Of a stretch of DNA of 64,000 nucleotides, positions 37,827 to 51,005 are shown in pieces. Below the pieces are notes generated by a model. It did not search any database and was not told the origin of the DNA. It worked only from the letters and a program-made list of their open reading frames with translations. Each line of letters begins with the position of its first letter. The first letter of the stretch is position 1. Origin of the DNA: Haplodiscus bocki (lineage: Eukaryota); NCBI GenBank assembly GCA_965655095.1, contig OZ296657.1:72664001-72728000 (forward strand). Reading direction: 5' to 3'. The translations under genes and the position numbers were made by a program.

Positions 37827-40800
37827 GTTAAAACTGGAGACCGTGCGTAATATGCACAGGTTCTGCTTGCTCATCGAGGATACAGCTTTCCTCCGTTCGC
37901 TTGGGGATAAATGGTTGGCCTTCGTTGGTTCTGGATGGTTGTCCATTGTTTCTTGTTTTTCGTTACTAATTGAAAAATTTTCTTCGTTTCCTCTCCTTTG
38001 TTATCTACTGATGATTTTCATTGCTTCTTGTCCTTCCATGGTGCTGGAATTAGCGGTGGACATAACACTCCTCCATTGGTGGGCATTAGTTGGTTTGCCA
38101 TTTTCTTGCTGACCGTGGCATTTTCAATTTCGAGTAGCAACTAATTTCACACTATTTCAATTGTAATTTTGTCAAACGGAAGTGAAAGATGGTTGTACTT
38201 TGATTGAAAGACGACAAGGTTAGCTGAAGGAGTCCGAGAGTAACCATTTGTTTGTTTCTAATCGTCGTCAAGTGGTTTATTTTAGTCGGCTTGGCCCCAT
38301 GTTCATCGATACATTTTTCCACGCGGTTGTTGATTCATTTTTTTTGCAAAATCGCCCACATTGCTCGGTTGCTAGCAGTCACAACCAAGTTCCTTTTTGT
38401 ATTCATTCGGGAAGTCTCAAATTGGCTCTCTTACTCTTCAGTCCGTTGAAAGTCGGGTGTTAGGTACAACTAATTAAAAAGAAAACGTATGTGTTTTTTC
38501 ATCCGCCGGGAATTTTGAAAGTTGTCTAGTGTGTTAATTTGGGTGTAACTTGACACAGATTTTCATGATTTGACAGTCCAGACGTTTCGGTGTCAAATTT
38601 GGTTGCTCAGGCCACTTAAGGCATTATCTTTTTTCGTCGAAAATGTGATTCTTCTCATGTGATGTAGTAACCTTTCTTTGTGGCTTTTTCAAAGTTGATT
38701 ATCGAGCTACCCTGAATATTCATCGCAAGATGAGCAAAAGAGTTAGTATTTTTGCTCCCACCAAAACCTAAATCCAATTTCAGTTCGTCGTTTGTGTTAG
38801 TCACTTTAGTGCAATGCTTTTCTTGTTAATCTAGCTGTGTCAAATAGCATGGGTCAAGTTCTCAGATGGAATGATCGCGGATGTTTGACTTTATCCGCAG
38901 GTGTATTCGTGGGGAGAGTGATACGTTGCGTAAGTGTTTGTCATAATTCCCACTTTGAACTGGTCGTGGGGCCTTTTAGGAATTGATTGTTGTTTCTACT
39001 TAGTGACGGCTGTTGTGCTCACTGGCGTAGTCAATCTCTGCTCTGGTGCTGGCGGTGCTGTTAGTGCTTCTAGGCTGGACGGTGTAGACTGGGCCGTCAC
39101 TGGGTTAGTGGTTTTTCTGGACGGTAAAAAAAGTGCGTCAGATTTGCTCTATCCCTTTCTCTCTCTGTTGATTCGTTCTGTGGTGGAGTCTGTCCTGGAT
39201 TTTGAACCTGCTGGTGTATCTCTGCCACCATCCTCTGCTTGTGGGCCATCTGCTCTCTTGGAGTATATTTTCTGGTTGACGTTGATGCGCGGAGGCCTGA
39301 GGTGAAGCGACTCAGTGTTGCGTTTTCATCTCCAGAGCCCACGGACTCCTGTGTCGGGAGCACCACCGGTGTTGTTTAGCTGGATGGAACAACAGTTGTG
39401 GTTCCAGCAAATGTTGCTGTTCGAACTGTAATTTGGTTGCTTGTCTCAAATGAACTCATCGATCATGTGAAACATTGTGAACTCTGCAAACTTGTTAACG
39501 GGTTATTTTTTGCTAACTTTCTCTTACTTCGATGAAAACGAAGGATTTCTGTTTCGGCTGTCATGAGTCTCCTGCTCTTGCAGTCGGTCTTTTTGGCGAC
39601 TTAGTTGTGTCTGCATTAGTTTGCATGTTTCTTAAATTCAACTCTGGAGGCGAAAACTGACACATGGTTGAAAGTTGTGTTTTTTGTTTCTAGTTGGGCA
39701 TTATTTGAGCTATTAGTTCGTTTTTTTCCTTCGGGGAGTAGGATATGAGGCCCCCATAACTGTCAGGTTTCCCAAGTGTTGGAAATATATGCTCTTCTGA
39801 ATGCAATATGTCTCAGGTACTGGCGGTTTTTGTGAAGCAGCGGGTATCTCGCCACTTTTTAAAAGTACCCCGGCATAAATGCAGTTATGTATGGGTACAT
39901 ACGACATAGCATTAATCATAGTGTTAATACATTTCGTTACGTTTTCGTTTTAACAAGTCCGTTGTGTGCGGCCTAACTTCCCGGTGGTGGTCACTTTCTG
40001 TCATTTTTCGGCAAATGTCAGTTTCAGTCAAGGAAAGTGTGAAATGAGGGGGGTGGAGCTTGTGCCAGTGTATGTTAGTTCCTACTCGTGATTTACTTCG
40101 CGGTATATTGCGCGAGGCGTGGTAGTTGAATATGTAAAGAGCGCTGTTACGTTCCGCATGCATTGAAACCATGCAAAGGAGAAACAGTTAAAGTAACGTG
40201 CAATTCGTAAGTCGGAAAGAGTCTTCATGGGCGTGTTCGTGCATGAACAGAGCCTTGTTGATGAAATCTGACGTTTTGTTGTGAAAGTTTGTCTTTTATG
40301 GTTTTTTGCGTTTCAGGCAGTGGAGAACATCTGTTGCGTCAGACACAGTTCAACGTGGGCGGCTTGGTGCCTTTTTGTGAGTTATTCTCTCGTTACTTTG
40401 GTCTCCTCTCGTTACTTTGGTCGAGGACTGTTGGTCAGCCGCGATAGTGTCCTGGTTTTTAATTTTAAGAACAAGCTTTGCTGATCATCGAGGAGTCTGT
40501 TTAACTGAATCACAGGGGGTGAAAATGATTGTTTTTTTTTAATTCAATTTTCGCAATAGAAACATATCACTTCATTTGGATCTTAATTGTGTTAATGTGT
40601 TTCAGGCTATTGTTTTGCACGTGTCGTGAACCTCTGTCATGGTGGAGATGATAAGTGTGATGGAGAGTATTACTGGTCGGTGCAGTATTCACCTCCCTGT
40701 CGACGGGTCAAGTTTGTGCTGCGTGATGTGCAGTGTTGAGGGTTGTCGCAGTATGAATGAGGTTCTAATCGCCTTCCGGTAAGGTCCACACTGGCAACAG

Positions 40801-43800
40801 GAGCTGGTTGAGTAGCTGTTGGGATTTCAGAGTAGCTGTGTTTTTTTGCGTCTCTTGTCAGTGTCTCTTGTGACATTTTTCCGGGCTTCAACTATCTGGT
40901 CGACAAAGACTCTGATGAGCGGGCAGTATTGTGAACTCATGTTTTCGTGATTTCAAAGCTGAAAATTAATGTCTCGGATGCCAGATTGCGTGTCTTTCCC
41001 ACTTGTGAATTTGTTGCTGTCGACTTTGAAACCCTTTGTGATTCTTCCATAATTTGGCTGTGCGCGGTGTCTATTGCATCTGAGTTTAAGATCCAAGATT
41101 GTGACGTTAGTAATGAAAGTGAAGGAAGAGGTTAAAAGGCAAACATTTAGAGACACGCTAAAGAAGAACTTGAAATTGACAAAATAATCAAACCCAAACG
41201 TTGGTTAAAAAAAGTCACTGAGTTTGGATTAGTGTTTTAGATGAAAAACGATGCTCAATAATCAACATATTGCTGGCTGCGGTGGGCCATGTATACTTTT
41301 CTTATTGAACCTGGGTGTTGATATCAAGCTGTAGCCTATGTCTTCATGGATCTTCTAAGTGACGTGTGTTTGAACTTTTGGTGATATGGGCGTTCTGTCT
41401 GGAGAGCAGGACAAAGCAGGCTTGTGTACGCATAGATGGTCCGCAGGCGGCCCAGCGAGCTCGTGTGTATCGACTAGAGTATGCAGTTTCTTTGTCTCTA
41501 CTTTTCCTGATAAGCGTGTACATGTTGAATTTGTATTTCGTGACCATAAAAAAGTTTTTTTTATTTTGAAATGGGCGAGTTTTGAATAAAAAAACATGAA
41601 TTTGAGTGTTCTGGGTTCTTCTAGTTAGGTAAATGGGGGATGGGATGAAAAGCGATGGAAACTATATGATGGTGAATTGTACCCTATGGTTCGGTCAGAG
41701 ACGCTGGGTGATGTGTATCGAAGATTTTTCATGTTGTGCTTCTCAGTTCTAATGAAGGAGAGCTTTGTTCTCAGTTTTGGCATGGATTCGGACAGAATGT
41801 GTTACGTTGTGGTGGGAGCTGGTGCTTCAGTCGGAAGGTACTCCTTCGCATTTGTATCTTGTCTCTAGTAGCAGAATCACATGACATCCAGGCTTTGGTT
41901 GAGCTAATGGAAGATGTTGTCGTGCCGGATCGTGGGAAGTTTGCGGTGTTATAAGCTGCACTGGAGTGCTGCGGTGGCCGGTATCCGAGTTCTGCTGACT
42001 TCGATTCTTCGTGTGCTTGGAATTGAGCTGTCTCTACATTTCGATGATCATCGGAGAAGAGGTATTTACTGTTCGAGGTGTCATTCATTGTATCTACCGT
42101 TCCCTCGCGTCGCTGGTGTCTCTTATGTTCGTGAGTCTCAGGCTTTTCATGAGTGTCTTTTTCACCATGGGCGACAGCATCATTCTTTCCTGAACACGAT
42201 TCACTTGTCACTTTTTACTTTGGGATATCGTTGGCTGATGAGTTGTTTGTTTGCAGCTCACGACTGTGTCTGGAATCAAGTGTGTTCAATGTTTGATCTT
42301 TTTGATATGGGCGTGGTTCGTGTTTCTCAACAAAATATGACTCTCGTGCGCAATCTTTATTTGGTTGATCGTGTGGAGCCAGGGAGTTAGTTAGAGGGCA
42401 ATGATTGGCTTTGCATTTGCTTTCCATGTCGTTGCAATTTGGGATGGATTGAGCTCGTTGTCAGTGACGAAGAAGAAGGGGCCACTTGTCCTGAAATGAT
42501 GGGCTTTTTTGCTGTTGTTTGTGGTCAGTTGTCCCTGGTGGCCTGCTGTTGGTGCTGAGCTTTGGGTTCGCCAGCGTACATAACCAATTTTTTGGTCTTG
42601 AGGATTGACCGTGCAGTTGCAACTGGTGCAATTCTAATCTCCTCTACGGTAACTTCCTGAGTGAACTCCGTGTTATGTTGTCTCTGACCAACGCATTTGT
42701 ATTTATTGGTTTTGTAACGAATTCTTATGTAGTTATTAGTTGCACTTACCTTTATACAAAGTACTGTTGTTCATGACTGGCTGAATCCATCAATATCTGT
42801 AGCACAGGTAAAGTAGGACTCGGCTGCCAGTGGACAGAAAATGAAAAATAAGAAAAACAGAAACAGAAACCTTGAGAAAAAAAGAAAGAAATTTTAGACA
42901 AACAATTAATATTGGGTGAACAACACAGAAACAGGAAAATTTTTGAAGGAGGAGAATGTGCAGCAAAAAAGTTGCTTTATTTTAAATTTTCTTCCTTTGA
43001 ATTTGTTTTTCCTTCAGTGAAAGCAGGCGACGGATAGACAGGACGTAAGCAAGAAGAAATGTTGATGAGCACACAAGAAAACGAAACAAAGAAGAAAACT
43101 TTCAATAGTCATCTCAATGTGATAAACTTAAGAGAAGTTCATTAAGCCGAACTTTTTCTGGGTTACCTTTGAACTCGAATCTTTTTGCAGGTTCTTTTAA
43201 GTTTTTTTTCGATTTTCTTGGCTGCTGGGTTTCAATAGTGTTCTCCAGTTCAAAGGTCTAGCTGCAGCTGAGTCCTGTTGAGTGATTATTGTATCGATAC
43301 ATTGAATAAAAAGTGTAGAGTATGTAACGGATGAAGATTTCAAGTTCAACGGATGAAGACCGATGGAAACTAAATTTGTTGTAATTTAGAGTATAAGCAA
43401 GGAGGAGATGTGTTGCGAGATCGTGTGTTTTCCAAGTCTGTGTTAGTTCCTATTGAGTGTGCGTGACGTGTGTGGTGCTCCATTCCACGGCTTTCTAAGA
43501 CCAATGAGTAAAATAAGAATTTGGCAAGCGTTTGCTGGAAGACTGATTATTTTCGACACTTTTTGCTGTAAAACGGGTCAGCTGTCTCCAGCTTCTGTGG
43601 AGCAACGGATGTTTCCTGATGATTTCTGTTGTTGACTGGGTTGGGTCTGTGTGTCTGTGTGCCTTTTCATTGAGTTCTGACAGGTCTTAGAGCTGCGGGA
43701 ACATCACGAATTCGATAAATGAAGAAATCCGAGTAGCTTTTTAGAGTTGGATTGGTTCGCAGTCTGTATCGTGTCTCGGTAGATGTAGACGCTTGTGTTG

Positions 43801-46800
43801 TGTTGCTCTTTTGGGGCCCGGCGCCCATCCGTCGGCTGTTCTTGGTGTGTGAGACAGCGAGGTTGTCTCCTATTTAATTTTGATCACCATCTGGAACTAG
43901 AGCAGGGCACTTGTTCGTCCTGATTCCAATCAATTTCCATCGGTGGGTGTTGAGATTGGGCTGTTGTTTGTTCGTGTCCGCCGAGCGAAGTATTGCGTTT
44001 CATTGCTGTCCTACGGGCAACACTTTCTTGGAAGTAAGCGTCGGAAAACATTGGTTTTTTTCCGGAATTGATCTTAGCCATATTTTTCGTCTGTTCCGTC
44101 GTCACTTGCATCGGCTGTTGCGGATGTTATTAGTTTTTCATCGGAAATTTCCGCGTGTTCAAATGCATCCGTATCAGTAAACAGGTTTTTTTGACTGACC
44201 TGAAATTCGTCAACTTCGTTTTGAGATACAAAGGTTGCAAACTCAACTGGTCAACGCATTGATTTTTGTGGGTCCCTTTTCTGACCAATGTTCTAGCTAC
44301 TGTTGGATAGCACTTTCATCCCTTTGAAGGGTCCCTGCCATCGGGCAGCTATAAATTTTTCTTTGGAGCTCTAGTCGTTAAACATTGGTTTCTACAGGAA
44401 CACGAAATTGTTAACGTTAACCTATCGTAAGAGGTTTTGCTTTTAAGGCACGCTATGACGATGTTGTGCAGGTCTTCTAAGCAACTTTCGTTGATATCAT
44501 CTAGTATCCTTTTGATGGTTGTTGGTTGATAATTCAACATGAAGTCTAGTGTCCTGAGTGGTGTCCTACCATGGAAAGACTCCTTTTTAGTGCAAGTCAA
44601 GGAAGCGTGGTGGCTTGTGTTTTGGGCCATGACTGCAATGTTTACGTATTTGTCCCACTGAGGCTGTTTTGCGCTAACGTTAACATGAAAGATGGTTTCC
44701 AATTTTTAATGGTTCTTCTCTCTCGTTCGTATGGCTTGAGTTTGTTTGATGGTTTCGTGTTTGATGCAAATTCCGGCTTGTTTCAACACTACTTCGGCTT
44801 TCACTACATCGGCAATGAAAGTTGTTAAATTGTCCGTCAGGATGGTTTTCGGGATGTATGCGTGGGTTGTGAAAGTCGAAATCGGACCTTTCACGACGGA
44901 CGGTGAGATGAGACTATGCATGAAACCGTTGAATGCTGAAAGTGGTCCTTAATAATTTATTTCCAACGTTCTTCTAGTTCTTTTTTGCGGTCGTATATAT
45001 TCTGCAGGGGCAGTCGTAAGTGTTGTCTGGTTTTTGGTTTCGACTTGATGCAGATCAGACAACTGCCTAGAAACTCCTGCACGTTGTCAGCTAAGTTAGT
45101 ATTGTTATCTAAGCTGATGCAACAACTTTTTTGACACCGAGTAACCCTGCTTGATGTCTTGATGCGGTGTCTGGTGCATGTCTTTCATACGTGATTCTCG
45201 TTCTACTAATTGTTGATAAAAGATTTTAGGTTTGTTGCCAAAGTACTTAGGCAAAGTACCCCTTTGTTAACTTCTAGGCGTCTTATGATTTCATCATGTT
45301 TTTGAAAAACTGGCTTTCAAAGTATACGTGTGCCGGTTGCGCCAGTTCCTCCAACTGTTTTGGTCTTTTTAATGTGCCTCATGTTTTCTTAGACAACTTG
45401 TATTCTAACTGTTTTTGATGGACTAACACTATTCAGTGCTCGGAATGGCAGTGATGTGTTGTGTACAAATATGACGAGTGTCATCTGGTCTTTCACTGAT
45501 GTTTTCCGATGTCAGTCGTCAGAGTGCGTTGACATCCGGTGGACATCGTAAGCTGTCGGTGGGGGCAACTCTCGCTTCATGCCACCTGATAGTTTGTCAA
45601 CCATTGTGCTCAAACGAAGTTTTCGGGTGTATCCATCAGCCTCGTTGTGAGGGTAGAAGCCGGTTTCCTCTTTTATCTTGCTTTAGCATCTTTGAGGCAA
45701 AGTAAACTTCTTTGAAGCGAGGTTAAACACTGGATAACAATCAATTAATTTCAAAAAAAATCCTGAGGTGGAACGCCTAGGTGCGGCAAGTAGTCGGCCG
45801 CCGGATTCTCAAGACCGGGAAACTGAGCTAAGGCAAAATTATATTGCAACGTTTGATCACAGAAATTCCTGTTTGATGTGCAGAAGTGTTTGGCCCCAAA
45901 TGATATAATTAACGCTTTGTTGTTGGTCATTAATATGATAGGTTGTTCCGTTTCCTATAGAATATATCCAAAGTCATCGTTTGGTAGATGCGTTTTCGAA
46001 AATTTTTTATCCGCTCAATGATAGTGATATTTGCCCTGTGCTAAACCATTTCGAATCTAAGGCTACCGAGGGGAACTTGCCGGTTTCTCCTGTTTCGTTG
46101 ACTGTAAAATCTGCGATTAGGTGGACAGAGCCAGCAGCATGTTCGGTGGTGTCAAAGATGTTGAGTAATTGTTTATAGGGTAGGAGCAGTTTCAGCGACA
46201 GTTTGTACGCTTTCAAGACAGTCGTTAATTTCCACAATTGCGTCCCTTTGTTGCTGAAACAGTTTGAAAAGACCATCTTTTCCTAACAGTAAAGGTAACG
46301 GAACTAGTTTTTTGTATATTGTAGGGATTTATTGCCAGTAAAAGTTTACTTGTTTCAAATAGCGTTGAAACGTTCTGACAAAACTTAGCAGCATTTGTTT
46401 ACCGCTCTTCGATGCGTGCAATTCTAGCTTTTGAGACGGTCATTCCTACAAATTCTATCGAGTGTTCACGGAATTGGCGCTTTTCTATGGACAGTTTGGA
46501 ACGTGCTTTTCTTAAATCTTTAAGCACATTGTTAAAGTTTTCGATCAGTTCGGATGCGGTAAGGGCTGCTACACCGTTGTCATCTACGTTCTATGCGCAA
46601 CAATCTGCTTTCACTACATGGTCCAAAGCTTCCCAAATCACACTAGTTAAAGTTGATAAAAAACTATTTAAATTTTATGTTAAACGTCCGTTAGCGAATG
46701 TTCTTCAACCAAACTGAAGCGGGCAACTGTACGGACTGCTCATCTGCCATCTCCACGTGATTTGAAAATTGAGAGTACAGAAGTACTCTTTCTAGGCCAA

Positions 46801-49271
46801 GTGCCGTGTTGAGTCTGAGATTGTCGTCATCGGTTGATTGTATTCTCTTCATTGATGTTTTACCAGCTTGTTTATTCGACGTAAGTCAACTAAAAGAATT
46901 AGCGTATCGTTGGGTTTGCGTTGAGATACAATTGGTGTCAATTACTTCCTGAAAAGAAGTTTGGTTATAAACGCGTGCTCTTGCATCAGTGCAAATACAA
47001 CCAACTAACCGTCCTTCAAGTTTGTCGGAGTCGGGATACTTTTCAAATAGACCGGCTTATCAAATTGTGGTGTTAGCTGAACTTTGATATCTGTGTTTAT
47101 ACCTATGTCTAAGCAATGCCTAGCAAAAAATGAACCTTATTTCACAAAGACGGTTCTACTATAGTTTCCTCATCCCAAAAGAGTAATGATTAGTCCCAGT
47201 TGGACTTTAACAATTTTTTTTTCCTCTGCTCAGCGGATTTTGGCGGGTTCAGCTGCTCTTTGCTCCAGAGAGTGTATATCTCCTCATAGATGCACCTCTA
47301 TAACTTGTTCCGTTTATTTGGATCAACAGACGTCTCCGATGTTGATGTTGGGTACCATCGTTTTACATCGGTTTCTGTCTGTGTGTGGAAAAACTGACTG
47401 AGAATTGAGGTTGTGCTCTTGCTCCTCTGGGTGGTTGTTCATGAGCAACACCTGCGCGTGTGGCACTGGCTTCGTGTTTGTTGCTTGCTATTGGGTCTTC
47501 AAGTTGATGTTTGCCACTGCTAAACAACTGCCAAGTGGGTGGGTTTGGTTGTGGGCATTAGTCCCCTGAGTCATCGTTTTCCCGTTGTCAAGGTGACTAC
47601 TGCCGGCTAAACCACGAATTAGTCTTTTCCCTCGAATGCTCGTGTTGCTTACACGACGCTATTCGTAGGAGCCTAGGTAGCCTCACCTGGGACGTGTGCT
47701 AGCTCCTATCGGAACGGCAAAATCACTGTCTTCTGTGTCGCCTGCCATTCTGTAAAACCGTTCAAGCACTTGTTTTTTGAATCCTTATGTAATTGCATTG
47801 ATATGCCGGGAAGGTGTACTAAATGAGGTTATACGTCAACAGTTTTGGAGTGTGTTTCAAAAAAAGACTCTTGTATCACTAAAGTTTCCCATTGTTAGTA
47901 GGACCTCAAAAATTGCTTCGGAGCTATGTCCTGCTTGGAAAAAAGGTAACTGCACTTGTTTCATGATTTTGACTAAATTGCCGTTGGCGATCTGAATTTT
48001 GAACTCGGGGACTGGCATCTCCGGTAGTACGGCTTCTGGGTGTCCGACCGTTAATTTGCGAAGTTTTGATTTTAAGTGGGAATTTCCGTTTCGGATTGTT
48101 CCGGTGTCCAGAAGAACATTTGCCTCGCACGTCTCAAAAGGATTGAGTAAAGCATTCCATGATTCTCAAGGATTTTCCTAGTACTTTGAAATTGATTTGA
48201 AGCTGTTTTTTGTCGTTAAACATAGAAATGGAATCAAAATCGTTATTACGATTCGTTTTTAGATACCACTCCATGGAGTTTGTCGCTCTCGCTTTTGTCT
48301 CGTCTGCGGTCCGTGTGAGTCGCTGATTGGTTATCGTCCCGTCATCAGGTGTGCAGGACAGGTGAAAATTGATGTCACCTTCGATCAGTTTGTCAGCCAA
48401 GGCGTCAAAACATTTTGGTCTTTGGCTTTTGACCGTCATTATTGAGTGATTGTCCTCTACTGTCATCGTGTCTGGCGTTTGTTGTTCTTCATCATTGGAG
48501 GCTGCCTTCTCCCCTCATGCTAGTGTTATCGGTGTCAGTAATCCGTAGTTGTGGTTGTCGTTTGATTTAGTTGTCGCACAACTGTCGTATTGTTAGATTG
48601 AAGACGTGGCGTGTATACTAGTCCTAATGCAGTCGTTTGTGAAAGGAAACCTTTATTCTTCTGGGGTGGCATCCTCTTCATTGCTATTCATTAAGTCTTT
48701 CTGGATTGAGTTTGGGAGTTTGCCGAAGAAAAATGTCTGTATACTTTAACCCAAAAATTCTAGCAAAAACTGATTCAGGAAGTCTGAGAACGTGATGTCT
48801 GTGGGATCGTAAACTCAGTGGTCCAATTCAGAACAGGTGATATCCTTGGGGTCAATTTTGGTGAAATCTTTCCAAAACTTTTTGAATACGTCATTCGAAT
48901 TTGTTTTTCGGTGACGGTGAGTGGCTAGTAGATTTGGATTTCTTGTTCTTGGAGTAGGCTTTAAAAGTACTGGAGCTTCGCCCTTTTAGTCAGTCTGTTA
49001 CTCATCGGGCGCAGGTGTACCCTCAACAAGTGTTCGAATTCGTTGAACTTGTCTTTCGTTCCTCGGTAAGTGGGCACTTGCGTCTGCAAACTTTGGGCAT
49101 TCTTCGTTTGGGTTCGGCTGCGTATTTTCGTGATGGCTTCAGGCAAGTGTTAATAAGGTCGGTCAGTTCTGGTAGCAACTACTATCGGAAACGTGTTTCG
49201 TGCTCGCTGTATGATAATTCATCGTGGGTGTTTGGGCTGGTCATCGGTTGCTGTCTCTTCCGGGGTTCAGT

Positions 49272-49285
49272 GGCTCCTCTCACCA
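49272..49285 (-). promoter_or_regulatory. Primer binding site
   Basis: TGGTGAGAGGAGCC directly follows LTR end ...CCCGACA, exactly where homology between the two LTRs stops. Confidence 0.65.
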
Positions 49286-51005
49286 TGTCGGGCTGAGGTA
49301 CGGCTTTACCACAATTGATACTGCGATCAGTTCTGAGGTAAAGGTTCTGATGCGGTGTTGTTACCAGCCCCTGAACCCTCCCTCCCCCCCCCCCCGAATC
49401 AATGCCTCTAGTTGACTGGTTAGTGAGGCGACAAAACTTTTGTTTTGTTCGTTGAATTTTCAAGAAAAATTCAGGAACATTTTCTTTGTTTCCTCCGATT
49501 TTTCAATGGCTATCTTGTCTTCAACAGTATCGTAATCACTCATTGTGGGATTTGAGTTTGTGACATACCTGTGCCATTTGTCATTTCCCCATGAGTTAAA
49601 ACCGAGCTTTCAGATTTTAGAGCTTGAATTTAGCCATGAAATTTTATGTGACTTGCAGTTTAGCAAAAAAAATGAAAGTCTAAACGCAAGCGGGGTTACA
49701 AATGCGGTCGGAAATTGATGAAAACTTTAGTTAACCCTAACTGCAAATTGAATCAACTAAGATCAAATAATTAAGTAGTATGTTGGCAGCATGTGTACAA
49801 TCCCGCAAACGGGAAGGTTGGCTTCCCTATTGATTGCGTCAATTTCGCGGTGGTGCTTGGTGGTTATGCATGGTCACGAGTCCAGAGGCGAGATGCGAAT
49901 CGTTTTGGATCGCTAGTTGTTTTACCATTTAACAGATATAGGTGTGAGCGCAAATACACCGCAACCGTGGCGGCTACGTTCGTATGACATGCTAGTTTTG
50001 CAAATTTGGGGCAACAAGTTTGCATAAATTGAACATGGCTGAGTGTATCTAGATACATCAAAAACATACGTAAAAAGGCGCCGGGTGAATTTTAGAGTGT
50101 TAATACAATATATACAGAAGTCTAGATGTTCTCATCTTTGCCCAACATCATTTGCAGGCTTTTTTGGTTTTTATCGTAATTCGTCATTCCGTGTATTTCA
50201 AAGATTGTCTTTTCCAGTCTGGTGGCTGTTATTCCTTAAGTCGTGCGAAATCCGATATAATTTATCAATAGCACATCTCATTGTTTCCACTCTCGTTCAT
50301 GCGTATGAAAATTATTTCGATAGAGCGTTGAGTGAACGAATAACGATGTAAAATACTTTTTCAAAACATAATGAAGTTTCGAAGAAACATTTCTGCCTTA
50401 TCCGCTTTTCATCCCGTGGATGATAACAGTCTTGTTTTAATTTTTCTGATAATCAATACATGAGGTTTCATCGTTTGGACGAAAATTCATAGAAACTCAA
50501 ACCACTGGTGAAAGCACAGTCGGCTATTTACACCGGTCGGAAGCAAACCCATGAATTTTGTTTTTGTCTTTTATCTAATCCGTCATTTTTATAGGTCTAT
50601 AAGTATCCATAAATTTTCATTCTTCAACGATATTCTACTGTGTGACTGTTCGGAATGAATCCATAGATAGCAACATCAAACTGATGTCTTCTTTTGAAAA
50701 TCTATTCCGGATCTTTTTTTACCACTTTGTGTGGTCACTACAGAGTGCATTCGCAGCGAATCATGTATTCCTGTTGGAACGTTCCGAGACTTTTTAAGGC
50801 AGCTCTAGTAACTTTGATGCTTTATCAGAATCTCTCTATTTCATTGAATTATTTCAACAGTTTGGTTTCAGATGGGTAAAGACGAACTTTTTTGCACAGC
50901 AATACTCTCTACATAGTTAATATTTTGCTGTTTACTTATAACATAAATTGCAATCATACCAGTGGAAAGGCAAGTAATTGAACATAACAACATTTTTACT
51001 TTTAC
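49286..51005 (-). repeat. 5' LTR, outer ~120 bp missing or interrupted
   Basis: Direct repeat of 35989-37685 at roughly 70% identity by eye. Confidence 0.8.

Larger units (their letters stand above)
35989..51005 (-). mobile_element. ~15-kb decayed Ty3/Gypsy LTR retrotransposon
   Basis: Two homologous LTRs, PBS, PPT; gag (QTQVPTYRGTKDKFNEFEHLL, ~49000); RT (RKPNDTLILLVDLRRIN ~46870-46920, NVDD ~46580); RNase H (IFDTTEHAAGSVHL ~46140); integrase (IPKTILTDN, WDKYVNIAVMAQNTSHHASL, 44350-45200). Order gag-RT-RH-IN is Gypsy type. Confidence 0.88.
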
